From NCBI GenBank assembly GCA_000991245.1, contig LBRD01000008.1, forward strand, positions 1,686-65,685: a DNA stretch of 64,000 nucleotides. Direction: 5' to 3'. Origin of the DNA: Parcubacteria group bacterium GW2011_GWC1_36_108 (GTDB lineage Bacteria > Patescibacteriota > Minisyncoccia > Moranbacterales > GWC2-37-73). The translations under genes and the position numbers were made by a program. Positions 9,501 to 17,300 of the stretch are shown here, piece after piece. Within the stretch, counting starts at the first letter, position 1, and each line of letters starts with the position of its first letter. The notes below the pieces were generated by a model, which was given only the letters and a program-made list of their open reading frames with translations, did no database searches and was not told the DNA's origin.

Positions 9501-12495
9501 ATCCAGTTCCCGTGTTTTTAGAAATACAAGAATCAAACTCAACATAATCATAATCAGGACCAAAAACAATAGTAGTCCAAGCAGTACTTGACGATGTAAC
9601 TTGCAACCCCATTATTTTTGTATAACTTTGCTGTATCGTAAGCGTGTTCAAAGATCCGCCAGAAAGAGCATATCTGTCGTCATCCCACTTCCCGTTATGC
9701 CTTTGTGAAAAATTGGCTTCGTTAGTCGTGTTGTTCGGTGTATAAATCTTAATAAAATTGCTTGCACCAGTGGTATATCCCGTAACTGTCACGGCTGTCG
9801 TGTCTGCAGCAGAATCATAATAACAAGGGAAATTTAATTGATAATTTCCAGTGACTAAATCCGTTGTGTTTAGATGATTAGCATCAACTGCACCTGTGAC
9901 TGCAGCGGAAAGAGAGGTGTACTCGTGTTTTATTGAAACGACGGTTTGGGCGGCGGCTCGATCAGTTGGAACGCCACCACGAGGATTGATAAGGTTCCAA
10001 ACACTGGTTGATGTTTTAGATGAAATGTAGGCAATATTTCCAACAAATTTTGCTGCACCACCAGCTTCTGCGACATACGTTTTTGTAATATCAAGATTTG
10101 TAGCATCAGAAACGTTAGTGATTTGATAAATTCCATTATAATTTGTCGTGCCAGAAATGGTGATGTAATCATATTGAGAAAAACCATGAGCGGCACTGGT
10201 TGTTAGTCTTGTTGTTCCACCACCCTGATCTGCAAAAGTCGTGATATCAATTTGACCATAAGTCACCCGATCGCCAACTCCAATATTCCCAGTCTGCGCT
10301 GCTGAAAAAGTTGCAGCTCCACTTGCAATTGTGACAGTTGGAGTGCCGGTTTTTAAATCAGAAGCAGATTGCCCGACAGAATAAAAAATCCCTGGTGGAT
10401 TTGAAAAACTCCAACCAGTGTTGCCGGAAACATTAGCAGAATTTGCACCCGCATACCAAGCCGCACCACCGGTGGCAGCGATATCTTGCAGTGACAAATA
10501 GTTACCAGCCACAATTCCGTTTGTTTTTTTGAGAGTTGCTGAAGTGCCAGGAGTTGAAGAATTTATTGTAATGAGATTGCCTGAAGTTCCAGTAGCAGTG
10601 AAAAGACCGTTGATTGTTTGGGTTGTGCCGGAAGTAAATTTAACTGTCTTTGGCGCATTAATAGTAAGATTATTGAAAGTGTTGGAACCAGCAATAGTTG
10701 TCGCGCAGTCGCCAGTATTTAAAGTTACATTATTATAAACCAAGCCACCAAATTCAACAGTTTGCGTGGCGCTAGTAAAGTCTTCTATTTTCAATGTTGA
10801 TGTTTCGGCGTTTAAATTTAAATTTGTTATTGTTTGCAAGTTCCAAGGACTTGATGATTGATATGCATTTCCCATTGTCCATATGCCACTTCCCATTAAG
10901 ATTGATCTTGTATTAGAATTGCTTGATGAAAAATTGTTACATGAAACATTAAAATTATTAGCATCGAATGTTCCATTATTCAAAATCAGTGTCCTGCCAT
11001 TTCCTGCCGAAGAATCAAAGTTATCCTGCAATGTTAATATTCCGCCAATCATTGAAATATTAACATTAGCAACACCTGTCATAAAAACTTTTCCAGCACT
11101 TGTCAGTGAATATGATCCCCTGCCTTCGAAGGTTAAGTGCTGCGATTGACCAAATGTCATACCAGAAATCAATGTCAACGAACCATACAATGTATTGGGA
11201 GTTGACGTTAACGAAAAAGTCGGCGAATTTGTCGCTCCCGTCCAAGAAATACTTTTGCCCAAGCGCGGCATATCTGCCACTACTGTTTTACCAGTCGCTG
11301 CAAAAGAATTTGCATCAAAAACCACATCGTCTTGAGGTAGCGGCACGCGACCTGCTCCACCCCCGCCATTGGTAGCCAAAAACCAATTGCCGATTGTTGA
11401 CCAATTGTCCGAAGCACTAGCTCCGTGTTTCCAATATTGCGGTGCACCAGTGGTAAACGTAATTCCAGAATTTCCCCCAGCATCTCCGCTTCCGCCAGAA
11501 ATTGCGGACAAATCCCAACTTCCAGCACCAGCACCAATAATATCACGAAAATCTGCATTGATAACAGAAACATTAGCAGCTGTGATTGTGCGAGCACTGC
11601 CGAGAGTATTTGAGGTAACAAAAAGTCTATTGATTGCAGAATTACCTGCGAAAGTTATCATGTTTGATACAGTAATGTTTCCGGGTAATGACAATGAATT
11701 AGTTTTTGCTGTTGCCGTAGCCCAAGTAAAATTATGACAAGATATATTACCACCATAAAGCAAAAAAGCTGGATCGGTAAATTCTAGATCATAATAAGTT
11801 TGAGAAGATGTAGCAAGAAATTTACTAGTGCTTGTACTTTTAATGAGAGACGTTCCAGCATCCAAAGTACCAATAAACCCCCAAGTATAATCGCCAACAC
11901 TTGTCCTTGATAAAGTTAGCGTGCTGCTGCCAAGATTTATAGAACCAGATGCACCAGTAATTGTATCACTGACTGATATATTATAATTATTCGTATTAAA
12001 TGTTGCGACAGAATATGAGGAATTAACTTGTATTTTATATAGTGAAACATCAGCACCCAGTGTTGTTGTTCCTCCTGCCACATCAAGTGTCAACCCTGCC
12101 ATATCTTGTCCTGCAAAATCTGGCACAACAACTCCCCTTGTTCGCAAGCTTCCATACCCACCAACTACTGTCGTCATACCGCTTACAAGTTTAAAGATAT
12201 TTCCAGCTAAATCTATGCGCGAACTATTATTCCAAGTCAGTGTTCCAACATAATTAGTCATATCAAATGTGTTGCCTAAACACGCAGAATAATCACAGGT
12301 TAAATTTCCGCTTGTTGCCGTTGCTACAATATCATCAACAAGAGTCGGCACCGCGCCCTCCACCCAAGTTCCAGCCGCACTCCAATTTCCCCCAGCATCA
12401 GAAATTGTGCGGGTGGCAGCTTGAGCTTGGGACGTGAAAAAAACCGCGGAGAGCAGAAAGGTTAATACAAAAATTGTAGGCTTGAGAAAATTCAT
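3541..12495 (-). CDS. Giant secreted surface protein (2984 aa) built from repeated beta-sandwich plus parallel beta-helix modules, with a C-terminal LamG/ConA-like lectin domain
   Basis: N-terminal signal peptide MNFLKPTIFVLTFLLSAVFFTSQAQA|AT. About 7 tandem ~400-aa modules each contain (A)TAIYYSVGQ…HLNTTDLVAGNYQLNFPCYYDSG…IKIYTPNNTT…SQRHQGKWDD, then NNxIxxN beta-helix rungs, then a KDFHLSPSDTSAKNSGSDLSAD…TDIDGQTR linker. The C-terminus carries the LamG signatures LVGHWTFDG…DDVRIYNRALSANEIGQLY. Confidence 0.85.
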   Translation of the reverse strand: MNFLKPTIFVLTFLLSAVFFTSQAQAATRTISDAGGNWSAAGTWVEGAVPTLVDDIVATATSGNLTCDYSACLGNTFDMTNYVGTLTWNNSSRIDLAGNIFKLVSGMTTVVGGYGSLRTRGVVVPDFAGQDMAGLTLDVAGGTTTLGADVSLYKIQVNSSYSVATFNTNNYNISVSDTITGASGSINLGSSTLTLSRTSVGDYTWGFIGTLDAGTSLIKSTSTSKFLATSSQTYYDLEFTDPAFLLYGGNISCHNFTWATATAKTNSLSLPGNITVSNMITFAGNSAINRLFVTSNTLGSARTITAANVSVINADFRDIIGAGAGSWDLSAISGGSGDAGGNSGITFTTGAPQYWKHGASASDNWSTIGNWFLATNGGGGAGRVPLPQDDVVFDANSFAATGKTVVADMPRLGKSISWTGATNSPTFSLTSTPNTLYGSLTLISGMTFGQSQHLTFEGRGSYSLTSAGKVFMTGVANVNISMIGGILTLQDNFDSSAGNGRTLILNNGTFDANNFNVSCNNFSSSNSNTRSILMGSGIWTMGNAYQSSSPWNLQTITNLNLNAETSTLKIEDFTSATQTVEFGGLVYNNVTLNTGDCATTIAGSNTFNNLTINAPKTVKFTSGTTQTINGLFTATGTSGNLITINSSTPGTSATLKKTNGIVAGNYLSLQDIAATGGAAWYAGANSANVSGNTGWSFSNPPGIFYSVGQSASDLKTGTPTVTIASGAATFSAAQTGNIGVGDRVTYGQIDITTFADQGGGTTRLTTSAAHGFSQYDYITISGTTNYNGIYQITNVSDATNLDITKTYVAEAGGAAKFVGNIAYISSKTSTSVWNLINPRGGVPTDRAAAQTVVSIKHEYTSLSAAVTGAVDANHLNTTDLVTGNYQLNFPCYYDSAADTTAVTVTGYTTGASNFIKIYTPNNTTNEANFSQRHNGKWDDDRYALSGGSLNTLTIQQSYTKIMGLQVTSSSTAWTTIVFGPDYDYVEFDSCISKNTGTGYAIQLYGTDGSSVKNSIFYGSSASRVVALRFGGSVQNVFYNNTVYGSGGSENGIYTEGYSPLIKNCIVQNTGGSAYASSFDSASNYNISDDSSNTGGAQDQIETIVSFADAANKDFHLSPNDTAAKNAGADLSADANLPVTTDIDGQGRDAINGRLYDIGADQAATAIYYSVGQNTNDHKTGSPTVTIASGVATFSVAQTATNMGVGDKVTYNTTDVAYISSKTSTSVWNLVTATGGIPANITDSTVVSITHAYSSLSAAEAGAVDATHLNTTDLVAGNYQLNFPCYYDSGADTTTVTVSGYITSPSNNIKIYTPNNTTTEANNSQRHSGKWDDGRYVLRSGSMDLILANINYVYISGLQLDQTGNNSWFDGISVGGTNKGVDISNNIIKYTGGASSESGIIVENNVLSSSQVYIYNNIVYGWSKGIGIGNYFDNSAFVYNNTLYGNSNCGISESSYYDIVAINNLSYNNGSYDYCTNGSAAINYSSLSNKNLSKDASALGANAKINQTVTFADAVNKDFHLSPSDTSAKNSGSDLSADSNFTFNTDIDGQTRNVTINAWDIGADEAATAIFYSVGQNTTSHETGAGTVTVDATARTATFSVAQTATNMGVGDLVTYTGGACYITNKTSTTVWGCQSAIGAAPTAVTDADVTSIAHAYASLSAAEAGAVDATHLNTADLVAGNYQLNFPCYYDSGADTTVVTVDGYTTGPANYIKIYTPNNTTTEVNVSQRHQGKATGVNYLINPSTNGNAIALNIPYVKLVGLEITDFGNPGFASSALYFPGIKYITIDSNYIHDEFPSNNGTGISANGSTAGGAYISNNIINNVNNGMNLDSWSGVNSYAYNNTLRLIASVGFRHSTIGQAVLKNNITQNCGDGFLGTFNVTSDYNISDLAADAPGANSKNSTTVAFADAANKDFHLSPTDTAARNFGVDLSSDSSYLFTTDIDNQTRPSSSSTIWDIGADEAAAPIYYSVGQSVADLKIGTPTITITSGVATFSAAQTGNIGVGDRVTYNTTDIAYIASKTSTSVWNLVTKTGAVPADITTSTVVSIKHEYTSLSAAVTGAVDVNHLNTTGLVTGNYQLNFPCYYDSAADTTAVTVSGYTTAPANYIRIYTPISTTTEANASQRHQGKWDDGKYNLNVSSVGAYNVNINNQFVHVDGLQIKNSSTSGYDQIGIDMDKNSYVSNNILQYAGSGGTNIFGIQYNLTAGNFNLKVWNNIIYGFKKGIGGNAGGDVLRAVVYNNTVKDAIVGYYTNGYMDTILKNNIAQNCIDGFTSSNFHPSSNYNISDLVADAPGANSKNSTTVAFADPANKDFHLSTSDTAAKNSGADLSADINLAFTNDIDGQTRPSSSSTIWDIGADEAATAIYYSVGQNTTDHKTGTPTVTIASGIATFSEAQTATNMGVGDKVTYNTTSVAYISEKISTSQWKLITATGATPTNVTGQTVNSIAHTFNLINYAIGNGINYAAGVNYLNTSNLVTGNYQLNLPCYNDGSVNNTNLIISAYTTSPANYIKIYTPVSTTTESNTNQRHQGKWDDTKFRIDVNGSFQLNSSYLVADGLQFNIGNDGVYVSSGPNAVKISNSIIKSSYGASYGIRIDGQSTTPKSAYVYNNIVYGGSAGICRYYDGAGKTLYAYNNTVYGGTNAGIYDLAGSSIVAKNNIVQGSTDGYKGTFLAGSDYNISDLAADAPGANSKNSTTVAFVDAANKDFHLSVSDTVARKTGLNLQADSYLHFGEDIDGQGRAGDWDIGADEFSEVVQQSQISSPNLDAGLVGHWTFDGKDISGTTAKDTSGNNNNGTISGATKAIGKLGQGTDFSVATNVVTVPDKDNLDGMSQLTLSAWINPRTSGIGTSFGRIIEKGNGSSYNFLFVGNNLECDIGVTAVGSTTSPLSGKYNSWHHVDCVYDGANVSIYLDGVSVASAAKTGVVGSGSTAMTIGNNVAGDRTFNGKIDDVRIYNRALSANEIGQLYHFGQVEVRETGTTTIRK

Positions 12496-12561
12496 TAGTA
12501 GAAAAATTTTAAATTTTAAGTTTTAAATTTTAATTGAAATTATAATTTCCAAATAAACAAA

Positions 12562-12918
12562 TTACTTTTTATCAATTGTTATAATAATTTTAGAAAATAT
12601 TAAAGTTAATTCTTGTGCTTCTTTCCAAAATTTCAAGCATTTTTCTTTTTCATCAGGATTACTTTTAGCAATGAGTTGAAGCCAGTATTTTGTTTCTCTG
12701 GCTTCTTTTTTACAAATAGCTATTTTATTTTTGAAATCCTTTTGAGAACAAGCTCCATTTGCTTCAAAATAATTAGCCCCGATACTAGTTGCTGAACGAA
12801 TTAGTTGGCTAATTAATGGCATATTTATCATATCTTTCTTTATTGTTTTGAGAAAAACTATCATATCTTCACTAAATTCTGTTGTTCTTTTTTCTAAATC
12901 GTAATTTGATTTTGTCAT
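12562..12918 (-). CDS. Four-helix-bundle protein (TIGR02436 / 23S-rRNA-intervening-sequence protein family; Avd-like)
   Basis: 118 aa containing QLIRSATSIGANYFEANGACSQKDFKNKIAICKKEARETKYWLQLI, which is the family signature. Confidence 0.75.
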   Translation of the reverse strand: MTKSNYDLEKRTTEFSEDMIVFLKTIKKDMINMPLISQLIRSATSIGANYFEANGACSQKDFKNKIAICKKEARETKYWLQLIAKSNPDEKEKCLKFWKEAQELTLIFSKIIITIDKK

Positions 12919-12963
12919 TTTTAATTTAGATTTGATTTAAAATTTAAAACTTAAAATTTAAAA

Positions 12964-13488
12964 TTATTTCTGCACCAGCACATCATCCTCAAAAACCTTA
13001 TCGGTAACAACTTTTCCCCTTGTTTCGTCGGATGCAATTCCAATTTTGGCAAGATCAACAGCAAATTTTCGGCGTTTGATTTCTTTAGGGTTTTGCTGCT
13101 CTTGCTCGTTGGCAAAAACTCCGGCTTTTTCTTTGAGCGATAATTCCAAAAGTTGTTGTTGCTCTTCGGTTAGTCTCATTTTGATAATTAAAAAGCCTTC
13201 TTGTTCGGCAGTTGAAAATTCCTTGTTTTCATCAGCCGTAAAAAGCACATCACCTCTTTGTAAGGTTCCTTCGACACCACCAGTGTCATAAATCTGAATC
13301 AAAAGCTGCACGGTTTTCTTTTCACCACTTTTAGCTGCTTCTTTAATGCTCATTTTTTCAATTGCCGGAGTTTGCTTGTACCATTTTACGGTTTTATAAA
13401 TTCCAAAAGAGAGGGCGAAAACAATCAAAACTATTCCAATCACAAAAACAGCAAATCTTTTTTTGTTTTCGATTTGGATTTTTTTCAT
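12964..13488 (-). CDS. Hypothetical membrane-anchored protein (N-terminal TM segment, extracytoplasmic domain)
   Basis: 174-aa ORF. The N-terminus KKRFAVFVIGIVLIVFALSFGIY is a single TM anchor; no recognisable catalytic motifs. Confidence 0.5.
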   Translation of the reverse strand: MKKIQIENKKRFAVFVIGIVLIVFALSFGIYKTVKWYKQTPAIEKMSIKEAAKSGEKKTVQLLIQIYDTGGVEGTLQRGDVLFTADENKEFSTAEQEGFLIIKMRLTEEQQQLLELSLKEKAGVFANEQEQQNPKEIKRRKFAVDLAKIGIASDETRGKVVTDKVFEDDVLVQK

Positions 13489-13535
13489 ATCTTTATTTGA
13501 AAATGTTTATTGATTCAATTATAGCACATTTAACG

Positions 13536-13655
13536 CTTTGGGTGGTTGGAGTGAAATCCTTTCACGCTTGGGGTGGTTGGGGTGTTTAGGGGTGGCATCG
13601 TTAATACTTGGGGTGGTTGGGGTGGCATTGTTAAAGCTTTGGGTGGTTGGGGATG
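13536..13655. repeat. Array of four G-rich units (TTGGGGTGGTTGGGGTG-like) directly 3' of the 217-aa four-helix-bundle gene, with G-quadruplex potential
   Basis: ctttgggtggttggagtg…gcttggggtggttggggtgtttaggggtgg…ttggggtggttggggtgg…ctttgggtggttggggatgttaggg. It is complementary to the C-rich array at 14241-14310. Confidence 0.7.
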
Positions 13656-14219
13656 TTAGGGTTTCCCATTTCCATTTCCATTTCTAAAGGAGATGCGTTT
13701 GCGGTAGAGATTTTCGGTGAAGCCGCCTTCGGTTTCATGTTTTCTTTTCAATGATTCGGCCAATTTGGCAAGCAAAAATCCATCCATCTGGCAAAATGTC
13801 AGCAGCATGTTGGCAGCCTGCTCAGCTGACTCCGCTGAAATGCTTGGGGTGTTTAGGGTGTTTAGGGACACCCAAACAACCCTAAACTCCCTAAATTTTT
13901 TGATGCGCGGATCATTCTTTTCCCAAATCAACAAATTTCTTTGACGCAGAAAATCTTGATAATCTTTGGTCAATTCTTCATTTGATCCATGCGCAACACC
14001 AACAAGAAAAATGTAACTCTTGAGCGATTCGGCAGTGTACCCTTCTGCTACATTCTGTGAATTGCTCCGCGCAGCTTGCACCATCTGATCATGAGTGCGA
14101 CTTTTTTTATCAATAAATTTATCACAAAATTGCACCGTCAAATCCTGAATAACCTTGCCCAGCATATACGCCACCAGATATTCATATCCCGGACGACTTT
14201 CGTTTTTTTGATTTTCCAT
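13656..14219 (-). CDS. Four-helix-bundle protein paralog (TIGR02436/Avd-like core plus ~90-aa C-terminal extension); start probably at MENQKNESRPGYEY (the ORF is open to 14309)
   Basis: QMVQAARSNSQNVAEGY…IFLVGVAHGSNEELTKDYQDFLRQRNL matches the Q..RAA.S…N.AEG…FL..A.GS..EL signature. It is paralogous to the 20552-21115 product (DFLRQR…KNDxR, EQAAN.LLT.C, KxKHxxEGGxxExLxRKR). Confidence 0.65.
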   Translation of the reverse strand: MENQKNESRPGYEYLVAYMLGKVIQDLTVQFCDKFIDKKSRTHDQMVQAARSNSQNVAEGYTAESLKSYIFLVGVAHGSNEELTKDYQDFLRQRNLLIWEKNDPRIKKFREFRVVWVSLNTLNTPSISAESAEQAANMLLTFCQMDGFLLAKLAESLKRKHETEGGFTENLYRKRISFRNGNGNGKP

Positions 14220-14240
14220 TTTGTTTGCATTTAAATTGAA

Positions 14241-14310
14241 CCCCCTAACACCCCTAACCGCCCACCAGTGTGAACACCCAAAAATCCCCAACCGCCCAAA
14301 ATACCCCAAG
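14241..14310. repeat. C-rich array (reverse complement of the GGGGTGGTTGGGG units) 5' of the 217-aa four-helix-bundle gene; inverted partner of 13536-13655
   Basis: ccccctaacacccctaaccgcccaccagtgtgaacacccaaaaatccccaaccgcccaaaatacccc. ccccaaccgccc is the reverse complement of gggcggttgggg. Confidence 0.7.
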
Positions 14311-14323
14311 AATTAGGATGACC

Positions 14324-17300
14324 CTACCTCCGCATTTCAACCTTGCCGGTGTTGTACAGGTTGGAAATTTCACTGGCGGAAAGAGCGCGGTTGTAGATAC
14401 GGACATCGTCAAGAGAACCATTGAAATAGTTAGAACTTCCAGATCTTCCAATGTCCAAACGAGTTTTTATTGCTGCACCACCACTCGTATCTGTTGTAGA
14501 TATTGCCTGTTGTTGTCCATCAACGAAAAGAAGAGAGCCATCGACATCATTGTTTTCAACAACAAAAATCATTTGATGCCAATTATTGTCATAAATATTT
14601 ACAGGGTTAGTTGGAGAGAAATATCTCCATTCTGTATTACCTAAATACAATAATGGTCCATTTGACGCTCCAGTATATTCTACATGTAGTGATGGCGGCG
14701 GCGGAGCAGTATTTGTAGACCATCGAAGCAGTGGGGCATTGCTTTGACTGCCATCGTATTTTACCCAAGCAGAAACAGTTGTAGTGTCAGACAATATGCT
14801 GGAGTTTGTGCCACAGTCTACATAGTCACTCGTTCCATTAAACTTCATACCCTGTCTTATTTTCCCTGGTGTCACTGTGGCGCCGGAGATGGTGCCGTTG
14901 TTGCCGAGGCCAGATCGGTCAAACGCTGTCGTGCCGGAAACGTCGGGACCGTCGAAGGACCAGAGGCCGACAAGGCCGTTAGTGCTTTTTGAGTTCTGCG
15001 AAGTCTGCATTGTTGTTTGCCCTTGGTTGTATAGTTGCCCGATTTCGCTGGCGGAAAGCGGGCGATTGTAAAGATGAACGTCATCCAAAAGTCCATTATA
15101 CTTGTTTCTAGCAGAATCACCCGCCGCATCATACCCATAACCAACATATAAAGGATAACCAGCTGTGATTAAATTTCCACTAATGGCTACAGTATCCTTT
15201 AAAATTCCATTAAAATATACTCTTGCATTTGTGCCATCCCAATTAACAGACAAGAAATACCATTCATTTAGTGGATAATTCCAACTTGTCGTGTAATTCG
15301 TTGCATTGTGTGTGATTTTGATTCTTGTTTTTCCTTGCCACAAGTCTGGCATCTGAGATATTGACCAAGTTCTATCGCCAACTCCACCCAACCAAATATT
15401 TGTTGTTGCCTTAGAAATCATTGCACCTTTTGGATCTGTGGTTGTTTTTACCCAGGCATTAAAAGAATATCCGGTTACAAGATTAATTGAAGTATTATCA
15501 GGTATATTAATTTTATCTCCACTTACTCCATTAAAACTAAACCCTTGACCACGCCTTCCCGGAATCACTGTCGCACCAGAAATTGTGCCGTTATTATTGT
15601 TACCGGAAACATCTTTGGTCACAGTACCAGAAGTGTCGTCGCCGTCGAATGTCCAGTGCCCAATAAGTCCAGCATCAAGATTTGGCGATGATTGCTGGGT
15701 CTGCATGACTGTGTCAGAAAATTGATCAGCGCCGATGTCCCAAGGATTCACACGCACCTGCCCATCAATATCAGTGTCGAATGCAAAAAATGAGTCGCGC
15801 TGCAAATCCAAACCTGCGCCTTTGGCGGAAGTGTCCGCTAATTTAAGATGAAAATCTTTATTGGCCGCGTCAACGAAAGCAAACGTCTGACTAATTTTAT
15901 TATTTGCACCCTGCCCAATTGCATCTGTACTGTCTGTTGCATTATAATCAGTGCCAGAAGCGAAGGTGCCAAAATATGTATATAAATTGCCACCAGCATT
16001 TTTCAACAAATTATTTTTAGCAATCGCCGTCCCTGCTGACACACGAATTCCGTTTGTAGAATCAATAATTGTATTATTGTAAATATAAGCAGCTGCATCA
16101 GAATCAAGAATAGCAACGCCTGTTCCTTCTAAACCAAGACAATCATAAATTATATTGTTCCAAATATAAAAAACACTTCCTGCTCCAGCATAGTTAACGC
16201 TAACTCCGTTATCGTTATAACTTCCAGTAGCAGTACTTTTGATAATGTTATTGGAAATTGAAATATTTGCCTGTGCAAGACTGGCTCCCATATTAACAAC
16301 GCTGTAATCCCCTGAATACATTTGCAAACCATCTATTTTTATATTTTCCTCATAATTTAGAATGGAACTACTTGATGCATTTTCAATTCGATACTTTCCA
16401 TCATCCCATCTCCCCTGATGACGCTGGCTTGCGTTAGCCTCGGTTGCCGTGCTTGTTGGAGTATAAATTTTAATATAATTCGACAATCCCGTTGTGTAAC
16501 CATTAATAGTGACTCCTGCCGTATCCGCACCGGAGTCATAATAACAAGGGAAATTGAGTTGATAATTTCCTGCTACCAAATCTGTAGTATTTAAGTGAGT
16601 AGCATCAACAGCTCCAGCTTCGGCAGCGGAAAGTGAAGCGTAAGCGTGGGCGATTGAAGTTACATCGGCATTTGTTGCAGCGGTGGGGGCGGTGCCGGTT
16701 GCGGATTGGCAACCCCAGACTGTGGTTGAGGTTTTGTTTGTAATATAGCAAGCTCCATCTGTGTATGTTATCAAATCTCCCACTCCCATATTAGTGGCAG
16801 TTTGCGCCACTGAAAAAGTTGCGGTCCTTGCGGTGGCATCAACTGTGACAGTACCTGCACCTGTTTCATGAGAATTGGTGTTTTGTCCGACGGAATAATA
16901 GATTGCTATTGCTGCTTCGTCGGCACCGATATCGACAATACCCGCTCCAGTTGGTCGCGTCTGTCCATCTATATCAGTCGTAATCGGCAAATTAGCATCC
17001 GCGCTTAAATCTACACCTGCATTTTTGGCAGCCGAATCACTAGGGGAAAGATGGTAGTCTTTGTTGGCAGCGTCGGAGAAAGCGACAGTGGTGGAATTTT
17101 TGTTGTTTGTACCCTGCTGAATATCATTTGCCAGATCTGAAATATTATTTGAAGAAGCAGCATTAAAAGTTCCAGAACCTGCATATCCATCAGCAAAATT
17201 TTGAACAATATTATTCTTTGCAATAACCGTTCCAGATATTATACCAATACCACTACCAGCTCCAAATCCAACCAAGGTATTATTAAATATATTTACAGTT

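Noticed and set aside
3818-11737. Numerous 60–130-aa ORFs on the + strand overlapping the giant minus-strand genes (also within 14324-29027)
   Set aside because: They lie antisense to, or out of frame with, long high-quality ORFs with clear repeat-module structure. They are low-complexity translations of repeat DNA, so spurious.
12500-12960. AT-rich tandem words (ttaaaatttaaaa) in intergenic regions, also at 59100-59300
   Set aside because: Low-complexity AT-rich promoter/UP-element-like DNA typical of this genome; no defined unit or conserved spacing.
13536-13655. CRISPR array
   Set aside because: Repeats are only ~17 nt, G-rich and imperfect, with variable short spacers. They are mirrored by a complementary array on the other side of a gene. 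No cas genes are present.
13656-14309. 23S rRNA intervening sequence (the four-helix-bundle family is named after IVS-encoded proteins)
   Set aside because: There is no rRNA sequence anywhere in the window. The gene is free-standing between protein-coding genes, although its inverted-repeat flanks are IVS-like (reported as a finding).
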